Source: Podarcis filfolensis (Eukaryota). Taken from it: DNA of 64,000 nucleotides. The notes beneath the pieces were generated by a model that was not told where the DNA came from, made no database searches, and saw only the letters and a list, made by a program, of their open reading frames with translations. Shown here piece after piece: positions 12,610-23,715 of the stretch (positions within the stretch are counted from its first letter, which is position 1; each line of letters starts with the position of its first letter). The DNA lies in assembly GCA_964270895.1 (NCBI GenBank), contig OZ185449.1; one strand, 5' to 3'. A program made the translations under genes and the position numbers.

Positions 12610-12860
12610 GAGAGACAGAGTGACATAATGTTTAGTGAGCGCTGCAACCCCAGAGTCGTCCGCGACTGGACCTAACGGTCAGGGGTCCCTTTACCTTTAG
12701 GATTGGGAAGGAGACCCAAGTGCAAATCCTCCACTTTGCCATGAAATGAACCGAGTTACCCTTAGGCCAACAAGCAGCCTAACACACATCTAGGGGTGTT
12801 GTGAGGATAAGAGGAAGCATGTGTATGTAACCTAGAGCTCAAAGGAGGAAATCTGCAGAT
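12610..12860 (+). mobile_element. MIR/CORE-type (Squam3-like) SINE, diverged
   Basis: tRNA-like head followed by CORE-like CCTAAC...GTTGTGAGGATAA; related copies at 11800-11880 (-), 20565-20645 (-) and 22150-22215 (+). Confidence 0.6.
12636..12698 (+). mobile_element. 5'-truncated Sauria SINE (3' about 60 bp), nested in a MIR-like SINE
   Basis: Matches 2546-2610; flanked by TTTAG on both sides. Confidence 0.8.
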
Positions 12861-13299
12861 GCGAGGGAAAGAAGGAAGTAGTATAGCATAGCATAGCAGC
12901 AGCTGTGCAACCTGATCTTATTGGACTTCCTTCCATGTAAAGGTGTACGGAATTTGTACAGCCAGATCTACTCAGGAAGCAAACTATACAGTTTAATGGG
13001 ACTTATTAGTAAGTATTTAAAAGCATTTATAAACCGCTTAATATTTGATAAATCTCTTAAGCAGTGTTCACTACAAAACCAAATTATTATAAAATAGATA
13101 AAAGCATATAAAAACAAGTAGAGCAGGAATTCAGGACACTCAGTTGCCCCAGCGAAATGCGTATGGAATCACTGCAAACTAATTTCCCCCAAGCATATTT
13201 TACTCTAAAACAAGCCTTTCTGCGTTCAGTGGGACTTTCTTCCACAAAGCACTGTAGCAGATGTACACAGTGAAGTATCTAAGTGTTAGCCATGTATCT

Positions 13300-13791
13300 G
13301 CTCAGGATAGTAGTACCGCTGTATTCTGCCTATTCAGACCACACCTGCAATCCTGTGTTCAGTTCTGGGCGCAGTAATTTAAGAAGGATATTATTGACAA
13401 GATGAAACATGTGCAGAGGAGGGCAACTGAGATGATCAAGGGTCTGGAAACCAAGCCTTATGAGCAATGGTTGAGGGATCTGGGTATTTTTAGCCTGGTC
13501 AAGAGAAGACTGAGAGGAGGTATTAAAGCCATCTTCAAATATCTCAAGGGCTGTCCCATGGAGGATGGGGCAAGCTTGTTTTCTGCTGCTCTGGAGGCTA
13601 GGATCTGAACCAATGGGTTCAAGTTACAAGGAAGGAGATTCCGACTAAACAACAGGAAGAACTTTCTGATGGAAAGTGCTGCTGGACAGCGGACCGGCCT
13701 CCAACAGAAAGTGGACTCTGCTTTATTGGAGGTTTCTAGCACTGCAGAGGGTCCCTCGAGGTCCCTTCCAACGCCACAATTTTATGATTCT
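13300..13791 (+). mobile_element. CR1 LINE 3' fragment
   Basis: ORF 13402-13608 VQRRATEMIKGLE...LGIFSLVKRRLRG...IFKYLKG is the CR1 ORF2 C-terminus; it ends with the ATTTTATGATTCT tail. Confidence 0.9.
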
Positions 13792-14353
13792 GTAAGTCCA
13801 GGGGAGCCCAACAGAGCTTTTCCCAGCCTAATTTCGGGGGCACGTGCACTCAGAAGCAAGCCCCAGGTTATTTGCACCATGGGATTGTCGCGGAGCGGGG
13901 GTGGGTGGGGGCAACCTTCCTTTTCTTTCCCCTTCCCTCCGGATTGTTTTGCCCAGGGTGGGGTGGGGAGGGCGGGGTATTGCACGGGATCCCTGGGCGC
14001 TGCGCGCGCCCCGCCTTGCTCATTATCACCATCCCTCCGCCTCTTCTGGGCGATACGTGCGGACTCGAGCCTCCCCCGCGCTCGCAGGGGAACAGCCAGG
14101 GGCGTGGTCGATGGCAGTGATGACGTAGCGAAGCGGAGGCGGAGAGAACTGGAAAGCGAGAGGAGCGGGGTGCGTGGGGAGGGGGGGCGGAGAAAGAGGG
14201 CTGCACGAGTCGCGCAGGCGCAGCACCTTGTTTACCCCGTTCTTATCCAGAATGTGTCTTATATGCTGTCCTTTACCCCCCTCCCCCTCCCTTGCATTCC
14301 CGAGTCCTCCCGGCAGATGCCGCTCTAGGCCCAGCAGCGGAGAGCGTGCTCGG

Positions 14354-14372
14354 TGGCCGCCAGGTGGCGCCT
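14354..14372 (+). promoter_or_regulatory. CTCF-like binding motif
   Basis: TGGCCGCCAGGTGGCGCCT compared with the known consensus TGGCCACCAGGGGGCGCTA; the core CCGCCAGGTGGCGC is intact. Confidence 0.7.
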
Positions 14373-14389
14373 GCGCTCTCCATTCGCTC

Positions 14390-14772
14390 TCCTGCCGCCG
14401 AGCTGCGAACACCCCAAACAATCCCCAGCGCCGCCGCCACCGCCAAATTAAATAATCCGCCCGTTTCGCTCCCTTCAAACCCCCCCTCCCACAACGCCCC
14501 GCTCGAGGGCCCCCCCTTCTCGGCCTTCCTACTAGGCCCCACTTTCCACCCCCCTCCCCCGCTGCGGGGGCCTTTGAAGGTAAGGGGTCGACCTGACCCG
14601 AGTTGTTTGGCCTTGGAAGTGAGAGCGAGGGAGGGAAAGCAGAGAGGAGAGAAGCGAACTGCAATAATTACTTGGAAGAGGAGAGCAAGCGAGAGAGAGG
14701 ACAGGGGGGGGAAAGGCGCGCAGGGCCCGAGGAGCCCCGTCACCGCCAGTCCAGCCAGGCCTGCCGGGTGAG
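14390..14772 (+). other. STAG2: Candidate STAG2 non-coding first exon(s); donors after 14579 (AAG|GTAAGG) and 14772 (GAG|GTAAGT)
   Basis: Consensus 5' splice sites inside the CpG island. GCGAACACCCCAAACAATCCC (about 14405-14425) matches my recollection of the human STAG2 5' UTR (not verified). The TSS cannot be fixed from sequence alone. Confidence 0.6.
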
Positions 14773-17700
14773 GTAAGTTCGACCGTGGCGTAGAAGCTTC
14801 TGGAAGTTTATTTTTCTGAGGAGGGAAAATTCCGAGGGGGGAAGTTGTTTGTTTGAAATCAAATCGCCGCGAGGGGAGGGGCGCGCGCGTGTGTTTGCGG
14901 GGTTTTGTTTTTTTAAAAAATAAAAAAATTATTATTTATTTTTTGAGCGGCGGCGGAGGGGGGGGTGTACGGAGAAGGAGGCAGCGGGCGGTGGTGGGGG
15001 GGGGGAGGAAGGAAAGAAAGGGAAGCGGCCAGGGGCAACAACAACAACGGCGGTGACGGCGATGTTGTGTAATATATATAGATAGATATCTGGAAATATC
15101 GGTGTCCCTATCCATCTTTCTTTGAATATGGAATGTAGGGCAGGCCTCGGAACAGCTCGAGTCTGAGGGGAAACTCGCAAGCGCAGGCAAGATGGAGGAC
15201 GCGGGGCCGAGCGAGCGAGGAGGGAGGAGGAGATGGTGGGGGAAGAAGGCGAAGGAGCCCCACAGACGCTGCCTGCCCTCCCGCCTCCCCTCATTCGCTC
15301 GCCCCTTTTCCCGGCGCTCCCTTGGACGCGGCGGCGGGAGGGAGCGAGCCTCAAGACGGAAATAACCCCCCCCCCCATTTTTTAAAAAAAAATTACAAAT
15401 CGCACCAGTCTTAAAATTGCTGTTTTTCTTCTCTTTCTCTGACTCCATTCCCCCCTTCGCCAACCAACCTCCTTTCAACCGGAGAGGAAAAAGGCCTAGC
15501 CCGCCTCCTTCGGGCGCAAAAAAATGGAGACTCGCCCCTATCCGTTCCTCTGTGCCCCCCTCTCCCCCGAAAAAAACACGATCCAGGGGTTATTGTGTGG
15601 GATGGGGAGGCTGCCAGGGTAGGTAAGAAGGAGAGGATGCGAGCCTGTGTTGTCTACTATTAAGAGCTACGGCTGGCAAGATGGAGGATTTCCAGCAGAT
15701 TATTTTTGGAGGGGATGGAAAGGGGTGTGTAGTGTGTTAGAAAAGGGCACTTCGTTGGATATGTTGGGTTTTTTAAAAAAACACCACCACCACCACCACC
15801 ACAACAGCACAAATGCCTAACCTCTTAACGTTGTGAACCGCCCTAAGATCTGCGCATGAAGGGCGGTATACACATCGTAACAAATAATAATGATGATGAT
15901 TTTCTCAGCTCCCCAAGCCGGGAGAAGACGAGTCGGACTTCTCGGTTCTCCGTGGGAGGAAGCTACGGGGGCGCTTGTAAGACACGCTTGGTGGCAGAGA
16001 AATCAGGAAGGGTGTTTTAAAAACGATTAGTGGTGTTTCTGCCTTCCGATCCTTCTCTACCCCCCCAGCACCCCGGTTCCCCTCCCACACCCTCCTCCAC
16101 TTCAAAGCGATGAGAATGAAAATGACATACGTTTTATTATTTTTAAAATTGCTTTGCATATTGGGGAATTAAAAACTTGCGAGCGGGCGTGTGCCTCGAG
16201 CTGGACGGAAAACCCTCAACTTTTCTTGTCCTCCTGTGACTTTGGCAGAGGGACAGTATATCATGGGAAAGGGAGGAGTGAACACTCCTGTCTTTCTCTC
16301 TGTTCGGGCAGGAACTTTTGCGCGAGTTGTTTCTCCACACCGATAATGATTTTTTAAGTGAGCTGTTGGGAAATCGTGGGATTTGCTTCTTGCCCATTTC
16401 CATCTCGACGCATTTTGAAAGTGTGAGGAATGTACAGCCCGGTGTCCTGAACATGTTTACGTAGAAGGAATTTGCACTGTGTTCAGACAGCCTTTACTCA
16501 CCAGTAAAAACCCCAAGGATTGTAACCTTAGACATGTCGTTTCCCACCCCCACCCCCGGCCTTTTATGTTTTATGGTGGCCGCTTTGAACTGTTAGTGGT
16601 GATGGTGGGGGAACCAAACCCCTGTTCAAAGTGACTTTTTGGTGTGCTTGTGCTGCTGGAAACCCCGCTGGGTCGCTGCCGGGTGGGAGGGGAGGAAGAG
16701 GCGGAAGGAGGCTGTTTAATAGCTTTGGGTTTTTTTTTTTATTTTGGCGCCACTTTTGTTTTAGATACAGTACTCGCTTGTCGCTCTTTTCCTGTTCTCT
16801 CCACACTCTTAGAAATTGAGCTGATTACTCTCCAGGTATGAACTGGTCCCACTTTCTTAGACGTAAACCTCTCCTTCCGTCGGCGGATCTGGTATTTTTG
16901 TATCTTGGGTGTTTGTGTTTGTGTGTGTGTGTTTGTGTGCGTGTCCGTCCGTCCCTGAAAATAGGGCGGCGGCGAAACGACCCAAAGTGGGTGAAACCTT
17001 GTGAGATTCTTCCCACTCCCGATTTTTGGTGGTGTGCGGTGTCTAGCGTGAACTTGCTGCCCTTGGATTTTGAAATGTGTTAGTTTTACCGCCTGCTTTT
17101 TCCATTTTCTGTTGACTTGTTAAGCTCCGTTTTGAACCTCTTTGTGTCCACTTTCAGCACATGTATGTATATATGGGGCAGGGTATTGATCAACTTGCCA
17201 GTCGACAAAAGCAACTGGGGGTCTCCCCGGGCGCTGCTGCCCTCGAGGCTTCCACACCGCGTCTTGTAGCCCTTATTCGGTAGTTCCCTTCCTGCGGTGA
17301 GGGAGGAGGTGCTTTTGGCTGCCACACCCCATGTTTGTTTCATTCTAGCCGAGGCTCGGCTCGTCCCCTTTCCCCATGGAGATGCCGGCTTAGCTCCGTT
17401 CTCTCGACGCCGACGGGTTAAGAGGAGGAAACCTGCCGAACAAAATTATCTGTTGTTGTCGTCGTCCTCCTCTTAGGGAAGGAGGGTAGTTTTCTTTTTT
17501 TCTCAGCATCATGGGGGGAGGGCGGGGAGTCGGGTTACCGAAGTGCGTCACACACAGTCCTTGTTGATGGGGCCTACTCCGCAGCCGACTTGTGCTTCGC
17601 TGTTCGCAGAAATCACCCCCGCCCACCCTCTCCCTGCATTCTCGCTTTCGTCAGCCTCGCTAGAAGACACCGAATCTTCTATTCTTGGCAAGTGGGTTTA

Positions 17701-18789
17701 AGTGCACTTGAGGAAAGGCTGGATTTGTAAACATCTGAACACGCGTGTGTTTCTGAATGCAAATCATTTGAGTTTGTGGACAAAGTAGTGCATGATTTAA
17801 GACCTACTCCCTGAAAGTGCTAAGGCCTACTCCCTGAAAGTGCGCTGTAGAAAGAGAGGTATTTCAATCCACACCTTGGGGCTGCCATCAGAAACATCGT
17901 CTGGAGTCTTGCAGATACAGCATCTGCCCTGAATTTCAACCAAAGCTTGCGTCTCTGCTTAAGGACACAACAGAAGCTTTGTAAGTTAAGACTGTTCTCA
18001 GTAGTGTACGGTGCTTATAGATTTGGGGTGTTTTGCAGTGGAGATATAATACTTTCCACGTGGTGTCTCTTCAACATGGGGTATGATATTTTGGAATAAA
18101 AGGACACTGCGCTCTGCAGTGCATTGTTTACAAACAGCCTAAAGTTTCTCAGCAAGCTAGGAGGTGATGGTCAGTATTTTTACTACCATAGATTAATAAT
18201 GTTTCATGGTTTCATAACCTAGAGCCTGTCTTAGCCCAACCTCAAAAGGTGACCCACTTTTAAGATTATACTGTATTCTTTTCATTTTCTCCTCTTTGGC
18301 TCTCTCTTCCAACTCAACTCCTTGCCATTCCTTTCTTATTTCTTTGTCTTAATCCTGCCCTTCAATCTAGGGTCTCAAAGTGGGCTACAGCAATTGAAAC
18401 ACAATATTAAAAATAGTTCAAAACAACTTAAAATCATAAATTGCTGCTGCTCTTGCAATTCACATTCAGTTGGATATGATCTACATGTGTCACTAGCCTG
18501 TTTTATGACTGCTCCCTTACCACCTCAAACTAGGGACATTTTTGACATTATGTAACACTTTGGCCGAACTGTGGTGTCAGATATGTTTGTACAAAGTGCT
18601 GAAAAGTTATTAACAGCTCTGTAATCATGGAGTGCTTAGTATTTAGTTGCTATTTTCTGAGTAAAAACAACTAAGAGTCTGGTTGGTACCTTATTGTGGA
18701 ATTGTGGAATTAGCTTAGCTTTTCTGAACCAGAGCTTGCCTTTACTGTATAAGAGATCTGGCAAAGTGAGATTTAGTCCGCAAAAGCTT

Positions 18790-18872
18790 GTTGTTGTTGT
18801 TTAGTTGTTTAGTCGTGTCCGACTCTTTGTGACCCCATGGACCAGAGCACGCCAGGCACTTCTGTCTTCCCC
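18790..18872 (-). mobile_element. Short 5'-truncated Bov-B (RTE) LINE
   Basis: Matches the 3' end of the 30796-31080 copy; (CAA)n tail; 9 bp TSD CAAAAGCTT (18781-18789 and 18873-18881). Confidence 0.85.
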
Positions 18873-20159
18873 CAAAAGCTTAGCCCCAATAAATGGGTTA
18901 GTCTGTAGAGTGCCACTATATTCTTAGTTGCTCCTAGTGGAACAGACTAACGTGGCTACCCTTTCGAATTTTGTGAGACAAAACTGTAGGGTGCCCATAG
19001 GTTGATCAAACCAATGGCATTTTTCTGAGTTTGGGGGTTGTGGAAGAACAGTTTCTTGCTAGTTTTTCTAGTTTCCATGGCTCTTGCTTTAGAACTTGGA
19101 TAGGCAAATATATACATTCCTGAGACAGAGATTTTCTCTGGTGCACCCCAGGAGCAGAATTCACAGTGCAATTCAAAACAGTGCTATGCTGAGTAGGAAA
19201 GGTTAGGGTGCATTGTATATTCCAATGCACTGAACTGGCCTTGAATTAGTATAAATAACTTATAGCAGCCAAAGCTCTCTTGGCATAAATTAAGGTGATA
19301 GAAGTTACACTGGTGTAGAGGGCAAAAAGGGTGTGTGTCAAGAATGGGAAATGGGTTTGCTGGAGTGGAGAGAGGAATAAACAAAGTAATGCTGATCCTA
19401 GCTGATTTCACTAGCAGAACTCTGCGTAAGATACACCACTAAAACTGCAGGTAAAACTAAAATCATCCCATAAGAGTCAACTAAAGGGCAGAAAATAACA
19501 CTTTATGCTTCCCACCCCACACAGCCTGGCACCACATACCCTGCCTGAAGCAGCTAGAATGTAGCTTACATTGCCATATGAGCATCTTGGTTGCGAGTCT
19601 GGAAGACCTGCTCCCTGTCTTTGTAACCCTTTCCTACTTTGCCTGGGTGGGCAGTGCCCTGACGGACTCTAGCTACAAAAGCTGAGGTGGCTGAGTAGAC
19701 TCTTGTGTTGGGGGATTGCTTGTGGGATTTTGTTACTGTTGTTGATATAATTTTTTGGTATCATTTTAAAATCTCATTATTTATGTGGAACTTTCTCAAT
19801 TTGGTTATATACTTCTTGATATGCTTTATTTATTTCTGAGTATTGTTATGTCTGTAATTTTGAAATTCTTTTTCTATTGTCAGGCACTTTCAGCATAGTT
19901 TTATCTATGGAAAGGGAACATTCAAATAAAATGATGATCTGCTTGCTTAGGATTACTTTGCTCAAGACCACCACTTCCCTGATACCACATTCTTCTGCCA
20001 GTCCCCCCCCCCCTTTCCATACACACAAGATCACCCTCCCCGGACCTGGAGGCTGATGATTTCAAATTTATGCTCAAATTTGTCAAATGCTTCTGACTAT
20101 GAACTTTATAACAGTTGGTGCTCACTCAGTAAATTACTGTCCTTTTGTTTCTCATAATA

Positions 20160-20358
20160 CAGTGGTACCTTGGGTTACAGATGCTTCAGGTTACAGACGC
20201 TTCAGGTTGCAGGTTAAGAACTTTGCTTCAGGATGAGAACAGAAATCGTGCAGTGGCAGCGGGAGGCCCCATTAGCTAAAGTGGTACCTCAGCCTAAGAA
20301 CAGTTTCAGGTTAAGAACGGACCTCCAGAACGAATAAAGTTCTTAACCCAAGGTACCA
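20160..20358 (+). mobile_element. Tigger/pogo-like MITE, copy 2
   Basis: Same TIR and internal sequence; the right end lacks its last 3 nt. Confidence 0.85.
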
Positions 20359-22229
20359 TATATAGTTGTCCTGATGGAAGATAATGTCTGATAGCCTCAA
20401 TTCCTGTGCAGTTCTGCTGAATTTTCAGGAAAATACACCCTATACATTTGTTGCCAGATCACATATTTACCATGTGCTGAATGTGTGTGAAGGGAAATGT
20501 ATTTTTCATGTGTGAGAAGTAAAGTATGGCGTTTGATGGTTTACTTGGCAATGTGAGTTTTTGAGACGTTAGTGAATAGCTCAAAGTCATGTGGATAGGT
20601 GTTTGAACCAGGTCTCCCTGGTCTAAGACCAGCACTCTAATTACTATCCAATACTGTACAGGACTGGCTTTTCATATTAGTTGTGTTTGCAAGCGGGGTG
20701 GGGAGTTGCTGATTCAGCCAGTGGTCATTCCCGATAGAGTAGAATGGTTGAAGGTTGGTAATGTTGTAGAGTGCCATTCCAGGTTATGAAAAGTTGAAAT
20801 GATTACTCACATGGTTGTGAGTCTGTTCTGATTTGAACACATGGGCAGTTGCATTCATCTATAAAAAATAAAGTCAGTTTTTTGCTCAAGCAGTTTTTGG
20901 TGGTGGGCACCATCTTAGGGCACACACAGATTGTATAGAAATGCCTTTCTCAGATAATATGCTTAGCTTGAAGCTATGTTTCTGGAACTGTGATATTCTG
21001 TGTCTCAAAACAATGCTATTATATATAGCAATATAAATTGTTGATTTTGTGTACCCTTTATCTTGCACCACTCAAGTTGTCATGTGAAAAAGAACTCATT
21101 TGACTAAAATAATAATCTGAATTTGTTTTAAACAAACAGCTATGGCAAAACTAGCCACATGTTTCTGTCTGTCTTGATCCTCCCAAGGTAGTGGTTTATT
21201 ACTGATCCCAGCAGCTGTTTGAGTCCAGGGAAGGATTTCAAAAAATACATATTTCAAAGTCAGTTTATTAGCCATCGTGCAGTTAACCACTACATTCAGG
21301 CACTAATCCAGGGATTGCACAGCCGCTCCTGATTTCAGGTGCTATGAAGAAATAATCTGTATATCGTTGGTGTACTTATGACAACTCTCATCAGCCAAGG
21401 CAGACTTATCACAACCACTTTTACACCACTTATGGACCAATATTACCATGAGAAAGGATTGTTTTAAAATTATTTCAAGCTATGTGGTAGTGTTCTAATT
21501 CCTTACTGATTTGCTTATTGAGTGCTTGTTACTCTATAGCCCCTATTAAGCTCTGCAACTATCAAAGAGGAGGCTTATTTCTGCCCATCTTTCCCCAAGA
21601 ACCAGTAATTCTGCACTGACTATTTGCACTATCCCAAATAGTCTGTTAATACAACCAAGCACAATATACACAGAGGAGACATAAAAAAGGGGGAAAGAAG
21701 GAGCATAACAGCAATATGCTGTTAGAGAAATTATGTGTTATCTCTCAGGGCACAGCAATGATAGGAAGAAATAATGGGAAGAAAAAAGGGGGGAATAAAT
21801 GAGCAGTTCTGTATTTGAGTTAGTTTGGGTGGATGGTGAGATTGTATATGTGAAGTGTATTCTCCCCCCACCCCATTTTTAGAGGTGTTTTCAATACTTT
21901 TAGCTGTTTGGGTTATATAATTGTGTTCCTCTTTCTACGAAAATGTTACCCATCCCAGTTTAAGGTAAACTTGCATAGTAAAGCAAAACACAGCAAATGC
22001 ATTAAGCCATTTTCAGGTAGTTTTCTTAAATTGTATGTGTGCTTTAGGGCAAGAGTAGACAAGCTTTTGCCCTCCAGTTCATGCACTTCAGCCTGGTTCA
22101 CACATCACATTAAGCCATAGCTTATTATACATATCACTTACTGTGAACAAACAAAGGGGGAAGGGGCAAACTTTGGAAGTTGCCCTGAGCTCCTTAGAGG
22201 AAAGGCATGATGCACATTGGAGGCAACTA

Positions 22230-23350
22230 CCATATTTTTCGCCCTATAAGACGCACTTTTCCCCCTCCAAAAATGAAGGGAAAATGTGTTTGCGTCTTAT
22301 GGGGCGAATGCAGGCTCCTTGGCTTCAGCGATAGCAACGCGAAGCCTCCGAAGCCTGCGCTCTGGAGGCTTTGCGTTGCTTCCGCTGAAGCCAGGAGAGT
22401 CTGCTCTTTGAGGCTGGCAGTGGGGGAAAGCAGCGCCTCCTCCATCGCCAGCCCCAGAGGATGGGGGGCAGTGGGAAGGCGCGCGACGCCTTCCCGCTAC
22501 TCTCCAACCCGGGTTGGAGGCTGGCGTTGGGGAAAGCAGTGCTTCCCCCATCGCCAGCCCCAGAAATTGGGGGGTAGTGGGAAGGCGAGCGATGCCTTCC
22601 CGCTACTCTCCAACCCGGGTTGGAGGCTGGCGGTGGGGAAAGCAGCGCTTCCCCCATCGCCAGCCCCAGAGATTGGGGGGCAGCGGGAAGGCGAGCAACG
22701 CCTTCCTGCTACTCTCCAACCCGGGTTGGAGGCTGGCGGTGGGGAAAGCAGCGCTTCCCCCATCGCCAGCCCCAGAGATTGGGGGGCAGCGGGAAGGCGA
22801 GCAACGCCTTCCCGCTACTCTCCAACCCGGGTTTGAGGCTGGCGGTGGGGAAAGCAGCGCTTCCCCCATCGCCAGCCCCAGAGATTGGGGGGCAGTGGGA
22901 AGACGTGCGACGCCTTCCCGCTACTCCCCAACCCTCCTGTGGGCTTTTGCGGGAGATGGGGGAATTCCCCCACCTCCCGCAGAAGCCGCACACTCTTTAA
23001 AGGGGCTCCGCGGCTTCTGCTGGCTTTTCTAGGAGGTGGGGGAATTCCTCCACCTTGTAGAAAAGCCCGCAGGAGCCGCGCACCCTTTGAAGAGCGCACT
23101 GCTCTTCGGGGCTTTTCCCCGAGGAGGGAGAAGGGACTGACTGGCCGTTTCAGTCCCTTCTCCCTCCTGGTCGAAAAGCCCGTAGGAGTCGCACACGGCT
23201 CCTGTGGGCTTTTGCGGGAGGTGGGGGAATTCCTGTCCGCTGCTCCCAGAGCTGCGGGGGGGAAATCATATTTTTTTCCTTGATTCCCCCCCCCCCCGAA
23301 AACTAGGTGCGTCCTATGGGCCAGTGCGTCCAATAGGGCGAAAAATACGG
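22230..23350. mobile_element. Non-autonomous Tc2-like (Tc1/mariner superfamily) transposon with internal minisatellite
   Basis: 27 bp TIRs CCATATTTTTCGCCCTATAAGACGCAC / rc CCGTATTTTTCGCCCTATTGGACGCAC (24/27); TA flanks at 22228-22229 and 23351-23352. CCGTA termini are typical of the Tc2/MER104/Kanga group. Confidence 0.88.
22408..22934. repeat. GC-rich minisatellite, about 5 x 106 bp
   Basis: TCTCCAACCC recurs at 22501, 22607, 22713 and 22819 (period exactly 106). Confidence 0.95.
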
Positions 23351-23715
23351 TAAATTAAATTCACTAAAATATTGACATAAATCTAGCTAAACATTTCTAT
23401 AATCAGCATACTTTGGTGCTCTCTCTTCCTTCCAAAACCTCCCCCCAACAACATCATCACCTCAGCCTTCTCAACCAAGCTAGGGGCACCATGGTAGAAG
23501 TAGGTTTCCATAACCATTTACCTAACTGAATGGGGAATCATAGACAGAAACAACAACTATACACACCTTCCTTTAGATGATCCAACAATCAGAAATGAGC
23601 ACAAATGGGCACCTAGGAATGTTAAAATTCTGCAGATCACCTGTAAGGAAAAGGAGTGGGCTGCAAGATAAAGTGCTTGCTCACTTCCCCCCAAATAGCA
23701 GTTTAGCAGGATTTT

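Larger units (their letters stand above)
13830..17700 (+). promoter_or_regulatory. STAG2: CpG island / STAG2 promoter and 5' non-coding exon region
   Basis: Abrupt rise in GC and CpG density. GC boxes, a CRE-like TGACGT (14120), two NRF1-like GCGCCTGCGC motifs (14212-14221 on -, about 14367-14376 on +) and YY1-like CAAGATGGAGG (about 15188 and 15678). Strong donors at 14579, 14772 and 15622. Confidence 0.85.

Noticed and set aside
3408-13300. Additional protein-coding gene between XIAP and STAG2
   Set aside because: Only repeat fragments and short unrelated ORFs are present; I saw no chain of spliceable exons.
13669-15626. Many 100-220 aa ORFs, possible antisense or novel gene
   Set aside because: They overlap in all frames, are low-complexity G/P/R/A-rich, and are expected from stop-codon scarcity in a CpG island. 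A non-coding antisense transcript cannot be excluded or supported from sequence alone.
22408-22934. CRISPR-like array of palindromic repeats
   Set aside because: The whole 106 bp unit repeats with no unique spacers, there are no cas genes, and it lies inside a eukaryotic transposon with TIRs.
22207-23333. Long ORFs (up to 209 aa) on both strands
   Set aside because: They are periodic translations of a GC-rich minisatellite with no domain similarity and no transposase motif.
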